Assembly (NCBI GenBank): GCA_004431415.1
Contig: QPMI01000432.1
Span: 248,001 to 312,000, forward strand
Length of the DNA: 64,000 nucleotides
Reading direction: 5' to 3'
Source of the DNA: Cyanophora paradoxa CCMP329
Lineage: Eukaryota; Plantae; Glaucophyta
Part shown: piece after piece, positions 48,145 through 59,533 of the stretch
Numbering within the stretch: position 1 is the stretch's first letter
Layout: every line of letters starts with the position of its first letter
Made by a program: the position numbers and the translations under genes
The notes under the pieces: model-generated
What the model saw: only the letters and a program-made list of their open reading frames with translations
Databases searched by the model: none
Told to the model about the DNA's origin: nothing

Positions 48145-49162
48145 GGCGGCCGCGAACTCGAACGCTGGTGCTGCTGTTGGCGCCAGCGCGAGAGCTCTCC
48201 CGTGCTTCTAAGGTGTGCCGGGAGTGCTGCTGCGCCTCCCGGATAACAGCGGCCCGGCCTTCCAGTGCTGCCATGGCCGCCCGACCCTAGAATTTGCCGC
48301 ACGGTGAGGGGGCTTTTTTTCCTTAACGATTAAACCCAGTAGCCCCCGCAGCGCGACCGCCGACCGGTTCGGGCCAAGCGCGGCACGTAGGAGGGTTAAG
48401 ATGATGCGGAGAAGCGCGCTATCGCCACGAGCCCCCGAGGTTGCCGCTACAGCTCGCCATAGAATTTGAAACGCGCCGGCGGACTAGGGAGCTAGAACAG
48501 CGGCTGGCGGTGCGCGGCGCGTTGAAAACGAAGGATGGTTTCGTTGGCACCTGATTGCGTCGACCGGAAGGCCGAGCACCGGGCGCGTCAGTCTTGATCG
48601 ATCACCTCCACCGCAGGCTGCCCGACGCCTGTGCGATCCTACCCTCCGCGTAAGTCGAGGTAGACGCAGGTCGGGCTTCTGCAACGCACCCGCCTCCGTG
48701 CACGCGGCGCGGCGGCGAGCACGCTGCAGCTGCATGCGCCGCGTCCGCGCGCGGCGATCGGGCAGCTGCAGCTGCAGCTCGCGAGCTGCAGCTGCATGCC
48801 CACATCGGCGTGCCGTTCGGCTCGCGCGGCAGTACGTCTCAGCCTGGCGGAAGCCATTGCGCAGGTAACTGCCGCGAATTCTCGAACGTTAACGTATACC
48901 CGGCCAGCGCCCCTCTGATCGGCCTTGTGCACGCCAAGCCTTGAATTCGAAGCCCCCAGCGTCGCCCCTAAAGTGCGCAGGCGTTCGCCGTGATCATGAC
49001 ACTCGTGGAGGTCCTTGCAATTGAAATCTCGCTACATGTGAAAAGGAAATGCAAGCCGGGGAACATGTTACAGATGATGATATGGAACGCGGGCCCGTGG
49101 GGCGGGGCCGGCGCAGGGGAAAGCTCGAGGGGGCCCTTGGGAAGGGGCCGGGGGCCGGGGGG

Positions 49163-52100
49163 CTACAGGTCGGACAGGGAGAGGTCGGCGAGGCGGGAGA
49201 GGGGTAGGCCCGCCCCCAGGCCGGACCCCGAGATGCGATCCAGGCCCAGGCCGAGGCCCAGGGGGGACGAGGCCGAGTTCCGGAAGTCGAGGGGTACGTC
49301 TTCGGCGTCGGAGGAGGAGAAGTCGAGGTCGAGGGGGGCGGGACCCGGCGGGGCGGAGCCTCCGGCGGCTCCGGCGGAGCCGGCGGCGGAGGGGCGAGCG
49401 TGGAGGCGCTCGGCGGCGACGCGGTGGTCCAGCGAGCGGAGGAGGAGCTGCTGGACGGCGGCCGAGTCGGTGCGGGCCAGCGCCGAGTCGAGCTGCGAGA
49501 GGAAGGCGTCGAGGGACTCCCAGCTCAGCAGCTCGGACTGGCGGCGCTCCAGCTCGGCGCGGGCCGCCCGGGAGGCGAAGGCTGAGGCTGAGGCGGAGGC
49601 GGAGGAGGAGGAGAGGGCGGGGAGGTCCGGGAGGCCCAGGATGGAGCGGGAGACGTCCAAAATGTCCGCCATCACGCTCTCCTCCCCGTCCAGGCCGCCC
49701 CCGCCGCTGCCGCCCCGCCCGCTGCTGCCGCCCGACGCGCGGAGCACGCCGGCGCTCGAGGCAGCGGCGGCGGCGGTGGGCGGGGGCGGCGCGCCCCCGC
49801 CGAGGAGCAGCGTCCGCGCGATGGAGCGCACGACGCCCTGCAGCTCCCGCAGCGCCGTCTGCGCCTCCCGCGCCGCCCGCGTCCCCGCCGCCGCCGCCCC
49901 CGCCGCGCCCCCGGCGCCGCCAGAGCCTCCGGCGGGGGGCGCCCCCGCCCCCGCTCCCGCCTCGCGCTCCCTCCGGAGCTTATCACACTCCTCCAGAAGC
50001 GAGAGGACCTGCCGCGGCCGTCTTGAGAGGAAAGGGTGGAGAGGCGAGGAGCTCGAGCGGGGAAGGGAGGGGACCTTGGTCTTTAAAGCTGCGACGTGGG
50101 CGTCCTTGCGCTCGACCTCCTCGCGGGCGCGCTTGTAGAGCGCCGCGTACTTCTCCTTCTCGCCCCGCGGCGCCGCCGCCTGCTCCGCCGCAAGCTGCTG
50201 CTGCAGGCCCGTCACCTGAGGAGAGGACGTCAGAAGAACGAGGAGAACACGAGGACAACGGGCGGCCGGCGGGAGCGCACCTTGGCCTGGAGGTGCCGGA
50301 CCAGCAGCTCCTTGCGCGCCCGGTCGGCCGACAGCGCCCGTATCTTCTCCTCGGAGGCCGCGTCGGGCCGCGCGGCCGCCGCGCTGCCCTCCTCCTTGGA
50401 CCGCTCGAGCTGCGTGCGCAGGTTCTGCACGAGGGACTCCTTGGCCGTCAGCTCTGCCACGAGCCGCGCGACGCGCTCCTCCATGCGGCCGCCCTTGCGG
50501 GCGCCCTCCTCGGCCCGCGACGACTCCTTCTCGACCTCCTGCTTGAAGGCCTGCACGAGCTTCGCCTTGCGCGCCGCGTCCTCCCGCGCCCGCCGCAGCG
50601 CCTCCTGCGCTTCCGCCAGCTCCGACTGGAGCGCCTCCCAGTCCCGCGGGGAGTGCCACGCGGCCCGCACGCGCGCGATCTCCTCCTGCAGCCGCTTCCG
50701 CTCCTCCTTGAGGGACCGGAGCTCCTCCTTGGCGCCCCGCTCGACGCGCGCCGCCCGCTCCTCGGCCGCCTCGGCCTTCGCCAGCGCCGCCCGCAGCTGC
50801 GCCGCCAGCTTCGCCGCTTTCTTCTCGGCGGCCTGCGCCTCCCCCGCCGCCTTCTCCGCCCTGCGTGGCCGGGTGAGCGGGCGGGCGAGGGCGCCGGGGA
50901 CCCCGCGCTTCGCCCCCGCTTCGCTCGCACCGCGCGTTGGCGTCCCGCAGGGCCGCCTCGAGGGGCCGCTTGGAGCCCTCGGCGGCGGCGGCGGCGGCCT
51001 CGGCCGCCTCCGCCTCGGCCCGCGCCGCCCGCTCCCGCAGCGCCGCGACCTCCGCCTCCAGCCCCTTCACGCGCGCCTCCTGCACCGGCCTCAGCCGCCC
51101 GCGGCGCGCGACATCGCTAGGTGAGGATTGACTGTGGCTAGAAGATCGATGAAATCGATGGCGCGCGGGGTTTCTATGGGAGGATTCTTTCTGAAGCCTC
51201 TTAAGACTCTAATCTCTCTCTGTTAGCGCGGGGCGCACGTTGGACTTGGTGCCGGCGGCGCGCTTCTCGAGCTCCTCGCAGCGCGCCCGCTGCTCGTCCA
51301 CGGCCGCCCTCGCCCGCTGCAAAAGCGCCCGCCCCGCTCAGATCAGGTCGGGCTCAGATCTGCTCGGGTAGCTCGGGTCGGACCTGGATCTCGCGCTGGA
51401 GCTCGGCGCGCTCCTCGCGGAACGAGCGCGCCTCGGCCTTCTTCTGCGCGGCCGGCGTCAGATGGACGTAGCGGAGCATCTGGGCCGGGCGAGGCGAAGG
51501 GCCGGGGCGCGGGGAAGCGATGAAAATCCCTAAGCGAGGAGCGGCGCGCGGGGAGGCGCGCTCGGGGGCGGGGCGGGGCAGATAGGGGCGGGAAGCGAAG
51601 AGGCGCGGGGAAGCGGCTCGAGTTCCTAAGCGGAGCGGGGCGGGCGGGGAAGGGGCGCTCGCTCGCCTCGGCGCGGATGCGGGCGAGGGCGTCGTGGAGG
51701 CCGGCGAGCGCCGCCGACGTCGAGCTCGCCGCCTCCCCGATCTCCCCCTTGTACCGCGCCAGCTCCGCAAGGTCCCCCCGCGCCGCCACCAGCGCCTCCT
51801 CCGCCGCCCGCCGGCCCCGCTCGGCCTCCCGCGCCCCGGACTCCGCCTCGATCGCCGCCCGCGAGGCCTCGTCCCGCTCGGCCGTCGCTCGGGCGGCCTC
51901 GGCGCGGGCCGCGCGCTCGGCCGCCTCCGCCTCCTCCACGCGCTCCCGCAGGGCCCGCAGCTCCCTCCTGTCCTCCTCGCTCACGGCGCCCCGTCCGGAG
52001 AGGACCCGCTGCAGCTCCTCGATGCGCCCCAGCAGCGCCCGCTTGTTCTCCTTCAGCTCCCTCGCCACCTCCTCGGCCCGCGACGCAGCCGCCCGCGCCT

Positions 52101-55100
52101 CCTCCGCCTCCGCCGCCGCCTGCTCGGCCGCCGTTCGCCAGCGCGCCACGTCGGCGACGGCCGCCCGCGCCCGCTCCTGCGCCTCGCCCAGCGCCCGCTC
52201 CACCTCCGCCGCCCGCGCCCCCGCCGCCTCCCGCTCGTGCTGCCGTCCCGTAAGCAGGTGCGTGCGAACGCGGCGGGGGTTCGAGGAGAGAGAACGCACG
52301 TCGGCGGCGTCGGCGCGGGAGGCGGCGGCGGCGGCCTTCTCCTCGGCCTTGCGCGCCCGCCGCTCCGCCTCGCCCAGGCGCGCCTGCATCACCGAGGCCT
52401 CCACGCGCGCCCCGCCCTCTGCGAAGAAGCCTTAGAAGAAGGAGAAGGAAGCCACAACAGAGATCTCGGACCGGCGTCGGCGGCGAGCTTGCCGGCGACG
52501 GAGGATCGGAACTTGCGGTAGTTCTCCTCCCGCTCCGCCTCGAGGGCCCGCAGCTTGCCCTCCAGCACCTTCTTCTCCGCGTGGAGGCCCCGCACCTTCG
52601 CCAGCAGCCGCTCCTCCAGAAGCGCCCGGTTCTCCCCCGCCGGCCCCGCCGGCCCTCCCTTCGGCCCGCTGCTGCTGCTGCTGGGCCGCGGGATCCGCGA
52701 AGGGCCCGCCTGGGCCCGCCCGGCGCCGCCGGCGGCGCCGCGGGGTGCGGGGCGGCCGTCGGCGGACTTGCCGCGGTGCCGGGGCGTGGGCCCCTCCCCG
52801 CCCTCGCTGTCGCTCCCGCCCTCGCCCGAGGAGGACGAGTCGCTGGGTACGCCCATCTCCGGCGCGCTGGCGTACGGGTCCGGCGCCTCCTCCCCCTCCC
52901 GCCCGACCCGAGCGGCCCCGGGCCGCGCGCCGCCTCCTGGACCGGGACCCGGCCGAGGAGGAGGAAGCAGCGGCGCCGGCGGCCGCGGCCGCGGCGCGCT
53001 GCTCGGCGCGGGAGAGCGCCGACTCGAGCTCCGCGACGCGCGCCCGGAGCCCCTCGATCTCCGCCTCCGCCTCCGCCGCCCGGCGTCCCCGCCCGCGCCC
53101 GCCCCCAACGCCGCTGTCGCCTCGGGCGCCGCCCCGCGCGGCTCCTCCCCCGCCCCGTCGTCCTGCACAGAGTCAGAGGAGAAGGAGAAGAAGGGAAGAA
53201 GCGAGCGGACGGGGAGGGGCCGGGAGAGGAGCTCGCGGAGCTGCGGGGAGGGCGCCCCCCGCTCCAGCGAGGCCGCCGCGTGCCGCCGCAGCGCCTCGTA
53301 TGCCGCCTGCACCGCCCCCGCCCGCGCCCGCGCCTCTGCGGGGGGAAGAAGGCTCAGCGGGGGATACAAGAGGAAGGGCGGGGGTACGCCGAACCGCGGA
53401 GGCGGGCGTCGCGGGAGGCGATCTGGGCGCGCAAGTCGCCCTCCGCCCGCGCCGTCGCCCGCAGCTGCCGCCCCGCCCCGTCAGGCGAGGGCCGAGGGCG
53501 CGGGGCGAGAGGTGCGGCGGGCCTTGCGCTGGAGCTCGGCCTGCGCGAGCTTGGCCTGGGCGAGCTGGTGCGCGAGGCCCGCGGCGCCGGCGCGCGCCTC
53601 CGGCCTCCGCTGCCCGTGCGGGGGGTCCTCCCTCGCCAGCCCGCTCATCGCCTTCTCGAGCCCCTCGTTCGCGGATTGCAGCGCCTCCAGCCGGTTCTCC
53701 ATCGCCTCGGCTTTGGCCTCCGCGTCCGCCGCCCGCGCCTCCGCCTGCTCCAGCCGAGCCTGCCAGGGCTCCCGCGCGCCCGGCCGCATCCGCTCCACAT
53801 CCGCCCGCAGCTCCCGCGCCTCGGCCGCCCAGCGCGCCGCCTCCGCCTCGGCCCGCTTCTGGCCCTCGAGCGCCCTCCCCGCCATCTCGTTCTCCCGCTC
53901 CGCCGCCCCCCGCTGCAGCTGCGCGGCCGTGGCGCGCTCAGGCGCCGCGCCGCAGTCGAGAAAGGCGCGCGCGCGCGCGCACCTTCTCCAGCGCGGCGCG
54001 GTGGCGGGCGTCGAGGTCCTCGTGGAGGGCCTGCACCTCGCGCCCGTGCCGCGCCGCCTCGGCCCGCTGCCGCTCCTCGGCGGCCATGAGCAGCTGGCGG
54101 GCGTGCTGCAGCTGCGCCGCCAGCGTCTCGCCCCGCTGCCGCTCCTGTATCACCTCTGCGCGCGCCGCCGACGCCTCCCCGATCTTCTCCCGCAGCTCCG
54201 CCAGCAGCCGAACGGCCGAGAGCGGCGCGCCCACGCCGCCGCCGCCCCGCCGCCGCCGCCGCCGGCCCGCTCCTCCGCGGCGACGGCCTCGGTCGCCGCC
54301 GCCGTGCCGGGCGCCGGCGCGTGCTGCGCGCCTCCGCCGTGCTGGTGCTGCTGGGTCTGGAGGGCGCGGAGCCGCGCCTCGAGGGACTGAATGATCTCCT
54401 TGAGGTTGATGTTGTGGACGCGGAGCACGTCCTGCTTGCGCTGCGCCGCCTCCAGCTCCTGCACCGCCTCCGCGTGGAGCGCCTTCTGGGCCGTCAGCTG
54501 CCGCGTCAGCGCCGCCACCGCCTCCCGCTCCTCGGGCTGAGGTTCAGACATCAGCTTCGAAGATGAAGAAGAAGAAGACACGGCAGAGCTGGGCGGGGCG
54601 GGGCGGGGCGGGCGGGCGGACCTCGCGGAGGGCCATGAGGACCTCGCCCTCGATCTCGGCCGCCAGGCTCCGCACCGCCCGCTCCCAGGCCTGTCCGAAG
54701 ATACTTAGGCGAGTTCGAGCGAGCTAGCGAGGAGAGGCGGGCGCACGTGGTTGCGGTCGGCGGCGGCGGAGACGCGGGCCTCGGCCATCTCGACGGCGAG
54801 CTGGGAGTCGCGGAGGGCGGCGGCGCGCTGGAGCCCCGCCGCCTGCTCCGCCAGGTCCCGGTTGTCCATCGCCAGCCGCACGTTCGTCGCCTCCAGCGCG
54901 CACACCTGGCCCGGGTTGAGGGGGCGGGGAGGGCAAGCAAGGGCGAGGAAGCGAGCGGGGCGGGCGGGCCTGCTCCTGGGCGGCGGCGAGGTGCTTGGCG
55001 AGTCCGGCGAGGCGCCCCTCCAGGTGCTGCACGTGCTCGAACTCCGCCTTGTCCTGCCCGGGCGTCAGCCGCCGCGCACAGGCACAAGGAGAGAAGGCTT

Positions 55101-58100
55101 CGAGGAACTCTAGAGCGAGACAGCGGGCTTCTCTTGATAGGTTTAGATTCTTTAGATTTAGATTACGACTTGGATCGGACCTTGATGGCGGCGAGCTCCT
55201 CGACGTGCTCCGCGAGCTTCTGCTGCACGAAGAGGCCCACCTGGCGGCAGGAAGTCAGAGCGAGAGGTGAAGAAAGAAGGCGAGGAGGGGCGCGAGCGCG
55301 CCTCCCACTCGGCGGTGCGGGCGTCGAGGGCGGCCTCGAGGGCGCGCAGCCGCGCCGCGTAGCGGTCGGCCACCACCTGCGCCGCGAAGCGCCCGCTCGC
55401 CTCCCGCTGCCGCCCCGCCTCCGCCTCCAGCAGCGCCCCCCGCGCCCTCTCCAGCGCCGTCTGCGCCTGCGCCGCGGCCGCTCCGGAAGAAGAGGAGCCG
55501 GCGGGGCTCCCGGGCTGCCCCGCCCTGTCCGCCTCGTCCCTCTCCGCCGTCTGCTGCGTCTGCTGCGCCGCGAAGCCCTGGGCGGCGGCGGCGGCGGCGG
55601 CCTCCGTGGCGGCCTTGAGCACGGCGGCGTCCGCCTCGGCACGGTCCCGCGCGAGCTGCTCGAAGTGGCGCTGCCGCTGCTCGTGGAGCTGCGCCTGCAG
55701 AGCCCCCACCTGCGCCTCTAGCCGCGCCGCCCGCTCGGACGCCTCCCGCGCGCTCCGCTGGGCCTGCGGCGCGATGGGTTAGTCAGGACGAGAAGGGCCG
55801 AGGGGGTGGGGTGGGAATCACGTCGAGGAGGGTGTGGTCGCGGGCGCGCAGCTCGGCGGCGGCGGCGCGCGCCTGCTGCTGGAGCTTGAGCTCCTGGCTC
55901 TGGAGCGCCGCCGCCTGCGCCTCGGCCGCCCGCTGCCGCTGCCGGACGGCGTCGAGCTCGCGCTGCAGGCGGCCGGCCTTCTCCTCGGCGCGCTCCAGGG
56001 CCGCTGCCATGTCGTCCACGCGCTGCTGGAGCCCGTGCCCCGCCGAGCGCCGCGCGGAGAGCTCTTTGGCCAGCGCCACCGCCCGCTCCGCGATGTGCCC
56101 GCCCCCGGCCTGCAGGCCCTCGAGCGTCTCCGTCAGGAGCGCGATCCGCGAGTCGCGCTCCCGGATGCCCGCGTTGAGCCGCTCGACGTCCCGCGCCAGC
56201 GTCTGCGCCGTGAGGCGGAGCCCCGCCGCCTCGCCCGCCGCCAGCCGCGCCTTCTCCTCCGCCTCCGCCTCCGCCCGCTGCAGCCGCGCCGTGGCGCGCG
56301 CCTCGGCGGCGGCGGCCTCCTCGCGGGCGGCGACGGCCTCGGCGCGCTCGGCGGCGGCCGCGTCGGCGCGGCGCGTTGCCTCGGCGGCCGCCTTCTGGAA
56401 CTTGGCGAGGTCCTCGGCGTGCCTCGCCGCCAGCTGCACCTGCACCACCTGCCCGCGAGCTCAGCCAAGCAAAGCCAAGCTCGAGTAGCAGCAGGCTCGC
56501 CTGGTGGGCGTCCCGCGTCTGGTGGATGACCCGCTCGGCCTCCACCAGCTGCACCCGCACCCGCTCCGCCCGCCCCTCCGCCTCCACCGCGGCGACCTGC
56601 GGCGGCGGCGGCGCTCAGGCCTGCCGAACAAGGGCGAGGAAATGGAGGGCGGCGTGCCTCGGACTGGCGGAGGCGGGTGGCGAGCGAGGCGCGCTCCTCG
56701 GTCAGGCGGCTGACCTCGGCCTCCCTGAGGAGGACCTGCTTCTGGAGCTCGATGACGCGCTCCTCGTGCAGCGCCGCCGCGTACTGGGCCCCCGTCGCCG
56801 AGGCCGCCGCCTCCTGCATCGCCCGCCCCGCCTCCGCCCGCCGCACCATCTCGTCCCGCGCCGCCCGAAGGAGCCCCTCCAGTCGCCCCACCTCGCCCGT
56901 CAGCTCCGTCACCTTCGACTGCGGGGACGCCGCTCGTGAGCCGGCGGGTGCGCGGCGGCCGGGCGGAAGGGCGCACCCGAAGGGCGACGACCTCGTTCTC
57001 GCGCACGACCGCCGCCGCTGCGCGCGCCGCCTCCGCCGCCGCGTTCACGGCCGCCGCCGAGCCGCGGCGCGGGGAGGCGCCCGGCGACGCGCTGCGGGGC
57101 CGGCCGCGGGTTCCCGTGGAGGACGCGAGGGCTGCCTCCGCCTCGCGGACGCGCTCCGCGAGGCCGGCGTTCTCGTTGACGAGCCGCGCGACCTCGGCGT
57201 GCAGGTCGCCCTTCGTGCTGAGGATCTCGACGGCCCGAGCGAGCGAGGCCAGCTTGCCGTCGCGGCCCTCCCGCGCCGCCCGCAGCGCCGCCTCCATCTT
57301 GGCGACCTCGCCCTCCAGCGCCGCGAGCCGCTCCTCGCGGCTCTGGAGCATGCCGGCGTACTGCTTCTCCAGCGCGGCGGCGGCGCCCTCCTGCGCCCCG
57401 AGCCGCGCCTCCAGCGCCGTGACGCCCTCCAGCCGCCGGTCGCGCTCCGCAAGCTCGGCGCGGCAGCGCGCCAGCTCCTCGCCCAGGCGCCGCGCCTCGG
57501 CCTCCTGCTGCGCCGCGTGCTGCCGCGCCGCGCTCGCCTCCTCGTCCAGCATCTCCGCGTGCCGCATGACCTCCATGTCCCGCGCGTACGCCTCCTGCAG
57601 CGTCCCGTCCCGCGACGAGCGCAGCTGCCGCTCCAGGCTCCCCACCTGCGCCGGCGTCAGCGTTCGCTCGCCGCGGCGGAGAGGCCCCGCCCGCGCTGCG
57701 CTGCTCGCCTGCATCTCCTTGCGGATGAGCTCCTTGGACGCCGCCCGCGTCAGGTCCTGCTCCGCGCGCTGCGGGGCGGGCGGGCGGTCTCGGAGAGGGC
57801 GGCGAGGCGAGGGAAGGGGCGGGCGGCTCACGCTGAGGGACGCGCGCAGCGTGGAGACCTGGGCCTCGAGGTCCAGCACGCGCGAGCGCAGCTGCTTCGT
57901 CGTGGCGGTCTGGGCGGCCGCCTGCGCGGCCGGCCCGCCGCGGGCCTTCGGGGCGGCGCTGACGGAGTCGTAGGCGGCGCGGAGGCGCGCGATCTCCTGC
58001 GCGAAGGCGCGCTCCGCCTCGTGCAGCGCGACCTGCGCGTCCCGCCGCGCCTCGTCCGCCTCCTCCCACCGCCGCTGCCACGTGATCGAGCCCAGGCCCG

Positions 58101-59127
58101 CCTCCCCCTCCATGTGCCGCTGCCGCGACGCGTCCGTCCTGCGCCCAGCGTCGGCGGCCCCGCGCGTGCAGGGCGAGCGCGGCGCCTGCGCGGGCCGGCG
58201 CCGGGCGGACCGGAGCTGGGCGATCGCCTCCTCGAGCTGCAGGATGCGACGGTCCTTCGCCTCCTCGGAGGCCCGCGCCGCCGTCGCCACGCGCGTCTCG
58301 GCCTCTCGGATGAGCGACTCGCGCGCCGCCCGCTCCTTGTGGAGCTCACGCGCCCGCTCCTCGGCGCGGCCCTCCGCCTCCGCCGCCTTGCGCACGGCGC
58401 GCTCGGCCGACTCCTGCAGCCGCTGCACGAGGTCGCGCTGGCCCTCCGTCTGGAACTGCTCCGCCAGCATCCGAGCGAGCCGCTCCTCCGCCTCGCCGCG
58501 CGCGGCGCGCTCCCGCTGGCACTCGTCGACCACCTGCTCCATCCGGCCCTGCAGCGCCTCCGTCTCCGCCCGCGAGCGCGCCAGCTCGCCCTGCAGCCGC
58601 CGGATCTCCGCGTCCCTGTGCCCGAGGATCTCCAGCACCCGCATGTTCCGTGTCTCGAAGTCCTGTGCTCCCGCCAGCGGCGGCACGGTCAAGGAAGCGC
58701 GCGAGCTAACATGCTTTCGCTTTGCAGAGCGGTCAGAAAGGATATTTCTCTCTTTCGACACCACCTGCGCCAAGGGCCGGCGTCGGTCAGCGATGGCTTG
58801 AACTTGCGGCGGCGCAGGCGGCGCGCGGTCGGCTTAGGGGGCGGATTCGGGCGCACCATCTCGACCAAAGTCGATAGCTGAGGCGCGGCGGACTGCAGCT
58901 GCTCCCTCAGGTCGGAGTAGAAGTGCAGGTCCTCCCGCGCCTGCCGAAGTTCGAAGCTGAGCTCATCGACGCGGGTCCGTAGACTCCCGATCTCATTCTC
59001 CACACCCTCCTGCGCGAAAGGGCGGCGTGCTCAGAGCGGGAGCGGGCGGCGGCTACGCGCTGCTCGCCTGGGCTGCCCGCTCCGTCCGGGCAAGCTGGGC
59101 GGCCTCTGAGCTCCAGAGGCCCGCCAT
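49163..59127 (-). CDS. Very long coiled-coil protein, centlein (CNTLN)-like centriolar protein
   Basis: The N-terminus ELRQAREDLHFYSDLREQLQSAAPQLSTLVEM|VVSKE..RVLEILGHRDAEIRRL resembles, from memory, the centlein motif ..LQVTNPDLTQVVSLVVERE..KVLEILQVKDAKI. About 10 kb of heptad-rich exons follow. Confidence 0.65.
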
Positions 59128-59533
59128 CTTGCCGGCCGCGCCCGCCGCGAGAGCCTGGTCCGGGAGTTTGGTGTGCCCGCCGCGAATTGAATTCGATGCC
59201 GGTACCCCTAGGCACCATCTGAAGTTTCGCCAGCAGGCCCCGCACGGCCGCGCCAGCCCCTCCCGGTGCTCCCCCGACGTCCAGCTGCATTGTCCGCCTA
59301 GTGGTAGGCTCGCCCCTTTGAGTCCCACCGGCGCACCGATTGGCAAGCGCCGCGTGCGGCGAGGAACGGGCGCGCCGCGCTTCCCGAGTCAGCTATGCGC
59401 TTTTGAAGGCTGCATGCACATCTGCATGGCCTGGCGCGGCCGCAGCGCCGGCTTCTGAACAAACCAGCCGGCTATCACCTCCACGAGTTAGCGCGCAGTC
59501 GGCCGCTGAGCGGCCTGGATCACAGGCGGCGGG

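Noticed and set aside
17591-59127. Functional cluster of mitosis, repair and ubiquitin genes
   Set aside because: Unrelated housekeeping genes are interspersed. Apart from the XMAP215/CAP-H2 pair there is no evidence beyond chance.
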